A stretch of 6,432 nt of DNA, from contig NW_021829350.1 in NCBI RefSeq assembly GCF_006345805.1, positions 1 through 6,432 of the forward strand, written 5' to 3'. Positions 1-6,432 of this stretch are shown piece by piece. The DNA is from Octopus sinensis. Taxonomy: Eukaryota. Numbering within the stretch: position 1 is the stretch's first letter; every line of letters begins with the position of its first letter. A program made the translations under genes and the position numbers. The notes beneath the pieces were generated by a model that saw only the letters and a list, made by a program, of their open reading frames with translations, did not search any database and was not told the DNA's origin.

Positions 1-40
1 ACATACACACGTGTATGTGTTTGCAAATATGTGTCAAAAT

Positions 41-895
41 ATATATATGTATATACGTGTATATATGAATAACGTGTATATATGTATAATTCGTGTATAT
101 ATGTATATACGTGTATATATGAATATACGTGTATATATGTATATACGTGTATTATGTATATACGTGTATATATGTATATACGTGTATATATGTATATACC
201 GTGTATATATGTATATACGTGTATATTGTATATACGTGTATATATGTATACGTGTATATATGTATATACGTGTATATATGTATATACGTGTATATATGTA
301 TATACGTGTATATATGTATATACGTGTATATATGTATATACGTGTATATATGTATATACGTGTATATATGTATATACGTGTATATATGTATATACGTGTA
401 TATATGTATATACGTGTATATATGTTATACGTGTAATATGTATATACGTGTATAATGTATATACGTGTATATATGTATATACGTGTATATATGTATATAC
501 GTGTATATATGTATATACGTTATATATGTATATACGTGTATATATGTATATACGTTATATATGTATATACGTGGTATATATGTATATACGTGTATATATG
601 TATATACGTGTATATATGTATATACGTGTATATATGTATATACGTGTATATATGTATATACGTGTATATATGTATATACGTGTATATATGTATTACGTGT
701 ATATATGTATATACGTGTCTTATGTATATACGTGTATATATGTATATACGTGTATATATGTATATACGTGTATATATGTATATACGTGTATATATGTATA
801 TACGTGTATATATGTATATACGTGTATATATGTATATACGTGTATATATGTATATACGTGTATATATGTATATACGTGTGTATATATGTATATAC
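41..895. repeat. 18-bp minisatellite, consensus GTATATATGTATATACGT, roughly 45-47 copies
   Basis: Seen directly: the unit repeats head-to-tail and translates as (YMYIRV)n/(IYVYTC)n/(YICIYV)n in the ORF track. Scattered 1-bp indels interrupt it. It is flanked by degenerate TA/TG/CA sequence (1-40, ~896-1025). Confidence 0.97.
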
Positions 896-1292
896 ATGTG
901 TATATGTATGTATATATATGTACATATACGTATATGTGTGTGTGTATAAATATATATGTATATGCAAATGCACATAACCACACACATAACCACACCACAC
1001 ACGTGTACACATTTATGTATGTACATGCGAATAACCTGCAATGCTTCATTGCAAAAATTTCGAGGATTTTGTGTGTCAAGAACAGAAGAAATTACCATTC
1101 TTCCATATTCACACAATTCCGAGTTTCTTTTGGATAATTACCAAAGAGTATAGCATTTTTAATGTTCAACCTTTGTGCTTATCTATTTTAGGGGATGTCA
1201 TCCAATCGGGATCAAATCTCAGCCAGTAGATTAAAAATAACACACGTCTACTGTTTATTAGCAGGGGAGAAAAAATGGCGGAATATTTATTG

Positions 1293-1446
1293 CTATTTGA
1301 CAGCGTCTTCCAGGTAGTGGAGTGTGATCTTGTTCTGTTTGAATCGAATATATTCAGTGGGAAATTGTAAATATGTCACACGAAGTTTACAGTACTGGGA
1401 AGGAAGAATATACAAAATGTTTCGTATGGAGTCAGTGAATAGGCAA
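1293..1446 (-). other. Candidate 3'-terminal coding exon (unverified)
   Basis: Minus strand: acceptor ctttctctttacag| (AG at 1448-1447), then 1 nt and 50 open codons (CLFTDSIRNILYILPSQYCKLRVTYLQFPTEYIRFKQNKITLHYLEDAVK) to TAG at 1295-1293. AATAAA follows at 1291-1286 and 1259-1254, then a GT/T-rich tract. No homology recognised. Confidence 0.25.
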
Positions 1447-1625
1447 CTGTAAAGAGAAAGCCGATGGGTAGTGAATAGATTGAATAAGTTTTAAGAAGTT
1501 TCACAGTCATTTGTTCAAAAGAATAACCACCAACCTTTGTTTTTTGTTTCTTTGTTTTTGTATATTCCTGGTCAGAATTGATAGAACAGATTTATAACAT
1601 GGTCTGTGAAATCTATAGATCAAAT

Positions 1626-1790
1626 GTCAGTCAACTGCTGAGGCGAAATTTAAAGATAGAACGTTTCAGATATGCTCAGTGTCAGTCACATAATTGGATG
1701 AAATCTGTATCTCGAACGTTACAGATATGTCCTATACCAGTCAAATGACTAGATGAAATCTATAGATCGAACACTTTAGATATAATATAC
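1626..1790. repeat. Degenerate 55-bp tandem repeat, 3 units plus a partial copy at 1607-1621
   Basis: Units 1626-1680, 1681-1735 and 1736-1790 align without gaps; hand count gives 36/55 and 37/55 identity between neighbours. Shared blocks are CAGTCA, GAAAT, GAAC and AGATAT. TGAAATCTATAGATC at 1607-1621 recurs exactly in unit 3. Confidence 0.85.
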
Positions 1791-1802
1791 CTATGCTCAT
1801 CT

Positions 1803-2048
1803 AGCTCTTTCCCGACTCATATAGACTCGTAAGGTCTGTTTCTCGGTTTCCATGGCGTATATATTTCGCCCCTGGACGGGACGCCGGTCCGTCGCAGGAA
1901 TACTCATTTTTGCTTGCTGAATGAATTGGAGTAACGTGAAATGAAGTGTTTTGCAAAAGAACACAACGCGTCGCCCGGTCCATGAATCGAAACCACAATC
2001 TTACGATCATGAGTACAACACCCTAACCACCAAGCCACGCGCCTCCAC
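1803..2048 (-). mobile_element. tRNA-derived SINE, near full length
   Basis: Minus strand begins GTGGAGGCGCG-TGGCTTGGTGG (Pol III A box, 2037-2027) and has GGTTTCGATTC (B box-like, 1994-1984) at tRNA-like spacing. Next come a segment resembling the CORE-SINE domain (TGTGTTCTTTTGCAAAACACTTCATTTCAC) and a GC-rich block CCTGCGACGGACCGGCGTCCCGTCCAGGGG. Possible decayed TSD: 1790-1802 vs 2048-2060 (9/13). Family assignment is from recalled similarity, not a search; the 3' boundary is approximate. Confidence 0.85.
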
Positions 2049-2499
2049 TTACGCTAAGCTGAGGATCATACAATGCGTCGTGATATGTACATCTTAAAAG
2101 CAGACGATACTGTTGCAGACGATATTATTCATTTTCATCGTTCGTATTTGTAACGTTATCTGGATTTCCGTTATTGTTTAAATGCTTTGTAAAAGATTCA
2201 ACTTAGTGTCTGACATCCTCTTCACAAACGACAAATGAAAACCAACTTAATGTAATGCAATGCAACGGAAAAGAAACCATGCTGGCACATAGATAGAGAT
2301 AAAACTTTGTGTAGTTTTGGAGGGGGAAAAAAAATGGTTAAAGGAGAACATTTCTTGTAAACACTTACTCGCAGATTTTCTAACAGAATGTGAAGAGAGT
2401 AAGATGCCATTCAGAAATGGATTGAATGTAGAGCGTGAAATGTATACGCCAAAAATATATATACTATGCGGTGAGGAAAAGAGAACATCAACTAAATAG

Positions 2500-2500
<1 letters not shown>

Positions 2501-2545
<45 letters not shown>

Positions 2546-2609
2546 TGTAGTATTAGTTGTAGTAGTAGTAGTTGTAGTAGTAGTTGTTGTTGTTGTAGTA
2601 GTAGTAGTT

Positions 2610-2644
<35 letters not shown>

Positions 2645-2969
2645 TGTAGTAGTAGTTGTAGTAGTTGTAGTAGTTGTAGTAGTAGTAGTTGTAGTAGTTG
2701 TTGTAGTAGTAGTAATAGTAGTAGTAGTTGTAGTAGTAGCTGTAGTAGTAGTTGTTGTAGTAGTAGTAATAGTAGTAGTAGTTGTTGTAGTAGTAGTAAT
2801 AGTAGTAGTAGTTGTAGTAGTAGCTGTAGTAGTAGTTGTTGTAGTAGTAGTAATAGTAGTAGTAGTAGTAGTAGTTGTAGTAGTTGTTGTAATAGTAGTA
2901 ATAGTAGTAGTAGTAGTAGTTGTTGTAGTAGTAGTAGTGGTAGTAGTAGTAGTAGTTGTAGTATTAGTT

Positions 2970-3034
<65 letters not shown>
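2501..3034. repeat. (AGT)n/(ACT)n trinucleotide microsatellite, 178 triplets, with TGT, AAT, ATT, AGC and GGT variants
   Basis: Seen directly; triplet phase is unbroken. It explains the poly-Ser/Cys (+) and poly-Thr (-) ORFs. Contains an exact 84-bp tandem duplication (2699-2782 = 2783-2866). Confidence 0.98.
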
Positions 3035-3038
<4 letters not shown>

Positions 3039-3295
3039 CGCACTATAACAGCGCGTCGCTGCACCTACCACTTGGTGATTTCTTACTACTCCTTGTGAAT
3101 GACGCTTCTGCACCACTCAGGTAAGAGAACCCGTCTACCCATGGGACTGTTTGGGTAGTTGTTGCTGGTGAGGGTTTTATGAGGTCGCAGTGCGAGTAAA
3201 TCCTTCCTCAATCTCTCTTTTTTTATCACTTTTGCGACATGCAGAGGAAACGTTGGGTTTATTCTTTGACATGCCGATCCCCATACAGTACTATA

Positions 3296-3366
3296 GAGCG
3301 ACTTGAAATGAAATGTTTTTCCTCAAAAACAATACACTTCCAGTCCGGGAATCAGACCCACGTTCT
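3296..3366 (-). mobile_element. Decayed fragment of the same SINE family as 1803-2048 (B box to CORE-like segment)
   Basis: gagcgacttgaaatgaaatgtttttcctcaaaaacaatacacttccagtccgggaatcagacccac aligns by eye with 1929-1996 (gagtaacgtgaaatgaagtgttttgcaaaagaacacaacgcgtcgcccggtccatgaatcgaaaccac) in the same orientation. Confidence 0.7.
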
Positions 3367-3723
3367 GACTAATATAATTTTAATCGTTCTGGAAAGTAAG
3401 GTAGATAACATCGAATATGCTCCCACCTTGTTAGACCTCATTTGTGAGGTACAGACTTCGATGAACTCGTAGAAGTATTAAAACAAATGAGGTAGTGATG
3501 AAATCACCATGGAGAATTTTAATATTGTAAGCCCAGTAGCAGAGAACAATTAGCACAATTAGCCCCCCCCCCCACCAAGTTAATTACTCAGAAACACCAT
3601 CTGCATGAAAAATCAACAGCAAAGTGGCAATAAACATATTTAAAATAAAACATAAACAATAGAATAAGAAATACCGAAGCTGGGAAAAAACGTTTCATTT
3701 GTTTATCTTATCAATCTAATCTC

Positions 3724-3755
<32 letters not shown>

Positions 3756-3846
3756 TATTATGTTGTGTTGTTGTGGTGTGTGTGTGTGGTATGCATGTAT
3801 GTATGTATACATGTGGTGTATTTATGTGTATATGAATATGTGTATA
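3724..3846. repeat. (TA)n microsatellite followed by degenerate TG/TA/TATG low-complexity tract
   Basis: Seen directly. Confidence 0.92.
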
Positions 3847-3873
3847 GGCTACCTTGGATACGCTTAAGAATAG

Positions 3874-3974
3874 GTCGGCTATATATTTCTTGGATGTTTT
3901 TTTATATTTGCCCAAGTATTTCAACTGATCGCTATCAATGCCAGTATACCAGCTGGCGAGAAAGGTATGGCAAC
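3874..3974 (+). other. Candidate internal coding exon encoding a hydrophobic segment (unverified)
   Basis: aatag|GTC... reads VGYIFLGCFFIFAQVFQLIAINASIPAGEKGMA(T) and ends at AAC|GTAAGT, a consensus donor at 3975; an alternative donor AAG|GTATGG is at 3965. The acceptor lacks a good pyrimidine tract. Confidence 0.28.
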
Positions 3975-4021
3975 GTAAGTGACTTTCAAATTGTCTGCAC
4001 TCAACAATTGTACAAACACAT

Positions 4022-4085
<64 letters not shown>

Positions 4086-4160
4086 TATGTACACACATAT
4101 ATATTTACATGTGTGTTCTGGTGTGTCTGTGTATAAATATATATATGTATGTGTATGTAT
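4022..4160. repeat. (TA)n microsatellite (4022-4082) with trailing TA/CA/TG low-complexity sequence
   Basis: Seen directly. Confidence 0.92.
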
Positions 4161-4726
4161 GCAGATAAATGACGGATTAGTTTATCAGTGAATGCCAACA
4201 ACCATAAAGGCGAATTTTAAAAAAAAGACTTAATTAGTAGTTTTATTCTGAGGAGTTTCATTCAACATAAACACAGATAGAACATAGACCATATGGGAAG
4301 CAAAATAAAAAAGCTCATAAAGATTCCGACCATCCTTTCTATAGTTTTCAATGTTTAGTAAAAAAAAATGTTAGTAAACAAAACCTCTTATATATCGTTA
4401 AATAAAGACATCTTCAATATCACCGCACCTTACTAAAATAACATATTGACTGGAAGTAGACATAAAAATAAGATCCAGTACACTCTAATGTCTTGCTGTC
4501 CACTAACAGGAAAAGATGTCGGAAAATTATCTGGTCTGATTCCAATTCCCGTTAGACGTCAAACCCAATATAGTTAAACATGTCTGAAGTTTTACCAATA
4601 AGTGTTTCCTGATCTATCGCTGTTATAGAAAGTTATTTAATAGAGCAATATGAAACAAAGTTATAGCTGTTCAACGAAGACGAATTGAAGTGATTCTTCT
4701 AAACAAATAGAGAGCTTTTCGTAGTA

Positions 4727-5290
4727 TTGGGTTGTCCGGAAAGTTCGTGCGAATTTTTAAAGGAAAGAAAAAGGTCAATAAATACTTGCTATTACATTTT
4801 TAATCAACCAAATATGAAACATTGTGTTGCACAATGCGTCTCCATCTTTCCTTTAACTTGAAAATACCCTCTTCCCAGAATTGAGGTGGTTTCATGGCAA
4901 AGAATTCTTCAAGGTATCTTTTTACGTCTTCCAGGGAATTGAAATTGTTATCATTAAAACTATTCTGCAGAGACCTGAATAAGTGGAAATCTGAAGGAGC
5001 AATATCAAGTGAATAGGGGTGGGGGTGGAGTAACACATCCCAGCCGAGCTGCAGCAATTTTTGTCTGGTTCCCAAAGCATCAAGTGCCGAAAATGAACTT
5101 TCTTCCATTTTAAAGGGTTACAAAATTAACACAGGTTATAGGAACATAAACCTTCTTCCACGAAAAGATAGCTTAAGCTATGCTCTAAATGGAGGTGTAG
5201 TCAACTCCTATTTTATGGACTCAGCCATGTTCTAAAGTAAGTCGAAAGGTAAGCTACTATAAATCGGCACGAACTTTCCGGACAACCCAA
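4727..5290 (-). mobile_element. Internally deleted, non-autonomous mariner (Tc1/mariner) DNA transposon, 564 bp
   Basis: TA on both sides (4725-4726, 5291-5292). TIRs 4727-4756 TTGGGTTGTCCGGAAAGTTCGTGCGAATTT and 5261-5290 match 28/30, with the outer 24 bp perfect. Internal transposase remnant is on the minus strand. Complete mariners are about 1.3 kb (established knowledge), so more than half is missing. Confidence 0.97.
4800..5108 (-). pseudogene. Mariner transposase remnant (C-terminal ~90 aa; DNA-binding domain and first two catalytic Asp lost)
   Basis: TRQKLLQLGWDVLLHPHPYSLDIAPSDFHLFRSLQNS matches the mariner HPPYSPDLAPSD(Y/F)HLF motif carrying the third Asp of DD34D. FWEEGIFKLKERWRRIVQHNVSYLVD* matches the usual mariner C-terminus. 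WVPHEL, TGDEKW and HDNARPH motifs are absent. Confidence 0.93.
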
Positions 5291-5846
5291 TACATAAACA
5301 AAATCATATCTCTTTATTTAACATGCATGTAACGCAAAGATAATTACCTACGAACAGTTACCACGGAACAAAGCCTAGATACCGAGAGCAAACATTATGT
5401 CTGAATAGTAGCAGATGGTTTTATATACTATTATTTGAATTACATTTTTTCTTCAAAGAAAAATGTCACCAAATCATCTAAACGCATTTGGAAACTGAAT
5501 GATAGAACAAAATTCAATATACATAGGAAATTCTTGAATGATCGAAGCAGTACACGAACGGAGCAATAACCTGTAGCTAATGCAATCCTGAAAATATTTC
5601 TATACTAATATATCTTAATAATCAAGAGAATTACTTAAACGTCAAATATAAGATTTTCTACAAATGCAGACACTAGAGTTTTCGTAGAATTCTGGAAAAA
5701 ACACAATACATTCAGATTAAACAGAAGTTCATCAAAACAGAATTCGTTTCAACATTTTGGAATTTTACAAGATTTTGAAACCTGGTTACATACTATAAAC
5801 GAATTGGCCACTCTCAAAGAAACGACGGGGTATGTTTCGTATACTT

Positions 5847-5858
5847 CGCGCATGCGCA
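5847..5858. promoter_or_regulatory. NRF-1/Erect wing-type palindromic site within a small CpG-rich patch
   Basis: CGCGCATGCGCA fits the consensus YGCGCAYGCGCR. An inverted CCAAT (ATTGG) lies at 5803-5807, and CpGs cluster over ~5800-5900 in otherwise AT-rich DNA. Function is inferred only. Confidence 0.35.
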
Positions 5859-5904
5859 GTCGGGAGTTGATACACCCGAGTCATACTTTGTAACGCACGT
5901 ATAC

Positions 5905-5971
5905 TAATACAACATTGACATTAACATACCGAATCATTTGTACGGTATTATAATGTCAACTTCATGTATTA
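5905..5971. other. 67-nt imperfect inverted repeat (hairpin)
   Basis: TAATACA (5905-5911) pairs with TGTATTA (5965-5971), TTGACATTA (5915-5923) with TAATGTCAA (5951-5959), and ATACCG (5926-5931) with CGGTAT (5943-5948). Total 22 Watson-Crick pairs with an 11-nt loop. Confidence 0.6.
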
Positions 5972-6193
5972 TTAAGACAAAAACTTTTTACATCCATCTG
6001 ATGATTGCTATAAGCAAAGTTTTCTAAAAGACACGAAACTTTAAAAGCCAGATCACAAAGTGATTTACTGCGACTACAATACAACGAACACATCACTCCA
6101 CTGATCGCGTTTTTTTTATTTGTAAAAGCAATTTCAATTATATATATATATGCAATGTATGAATATATGTGTTATATACAGACTCCTATTATG

Positions 6194-6203
6194 TCTCTCT
6201 CTC

Positions 6204-6268
<65 letters not shown>
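6194..6268. repeat. Compound microsatellite (TC)~13 followed by (TA)24
   Basis: Seen directly: TC tract 6194-6220 with one interruption, TA tract 6221-6268. Confidence 0.97.
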
Positions 6269-6271
<3 letters not shown>

Positions 6272-6432
6272 ACACTAATACACATATGAAGAATATGCGT
6301 ATGTATGTGTATACTCTATTTGAGTTTTTGCCTTCGGCCGATCACGTATTCAGTCCTGTATTAGATATGTCGGCACCAATTAAAATATAAAACACATTAT
6401 AATATAAATACTATCATAAACACACACATATT

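Noticed and set aside
1038-1054. Hairpin TGCAATG-CTT-CATTGCA
   Set aside because: A 7-bp stem is expected by chance in 6.4 kb; no supporting context.
11-1137. Eight overlapping long ORFs rich in Y/I/V/M/C/T/H
   Set aside because: They are translations of the 18-bp repeat, which has no stop codon in any frame; not genes.
1265-1313. Plus-strand mini-exon with AAAATGGCG start context (MAEYLLLFDSVFQ) and CAG|GTAGTG
   Set aside because: Weak donor and acceptor, no recognisable peptide, and it overlaps the better-formed minus-strand candidate.
1626-1790. CRISPR-like interpretation of the 55-bp periodic repeat
   Set aside because: Similarity is spread along the whole unit, with no identical repeats and unique spacers; no cas genes; eukaryotic context.
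1801-2010. 69-aa minus-strand ORF
   Set aside because: Lies wholly within the SINE; incidental.
1975-2048. Functional tRNA gene
   Set aside because: A and B boxes are present, but I could not build a full cloverleaf, no oligo-T terminator directly follows the head, and the sequence continues into a SINE body.
2100-2124. 10-bp direct repeat GCAGACGATA x2 (similar short duplications at 3546-3563 and ~4350-4378)
   Set aside because: Ordinary local slippage duplications with no element between the copies.
2435-3124. Poly-Ser/Cys (+, 229 aa) and mucin-like poly-Thr (-, 190 aa) ORFs
   Set aside because: Both begin at GTG and are single-codon microsatellite read-throughs with almost no synonymous variation and no signal peptide or domain.
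3703-4201. ORFs 3703-3924, 3765-4136 and 4001-4201 as complete genes
   Set aside because: Largely TA/TG microsatellite translation; only the internal unique island is kept as a weak exon candidate.
4800-5108. SETMAR/Metnase-like domesticated gene or active transposase
   Set aside because: No SET domain; bounded by TIRs and TA; lacks the HTH domains and two of three catalytic Asp residues.
5915-5954. Bacterial sigma70-like TTGACA (5915-5920) and TATAAT (5949-5954)
   Set aside because: Spacing is 28 bp rather than ~17, the context is eukaryotic, and both lie in the arms of the hairpin.
6169-6390. 73-aa ORF
   Set aside because: Runs through the (TC)n(TA)n microsatellite; no coding signal.

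Overview
AT-rich, repeat-dense, non-coding eukaryotic (animal) DNA; the long TA/TG/TAG microsatellites and the SINE type resemble cephalopod (Octopus-like) genomes, which is an inference. No intact protein-coding gene is present, and most ORFs in the track are read-throughs of simple repeats. Best-supported features: an ~850-bp 18-mer minisatellite (41-895); a tRNA-derived SINE on the minus strand (~1803-2048) plus a decayed fragment of the same family (~3296-3366); a 534-bp (AGT)n array with an exact 84-bp higher-order duplication; and a 564-bp internally deleted mariner transposon (4727-5290) with TA target-site duplication and 30-bp TIRs. In that element the transposase N-terminus (in another frame) is fused to the C-terminus at an apparent 9-bp microhomology. 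Weaker signals: a cryptic 55-bp tandem repeat (1626-1790), a 67-nt hairpin (5905-5971) next to an NRF-1-type palindrome, and two candidate isolated exons. I cannot support a previously undescribed biological system from this sequence; the findings are leads, not discoveries.
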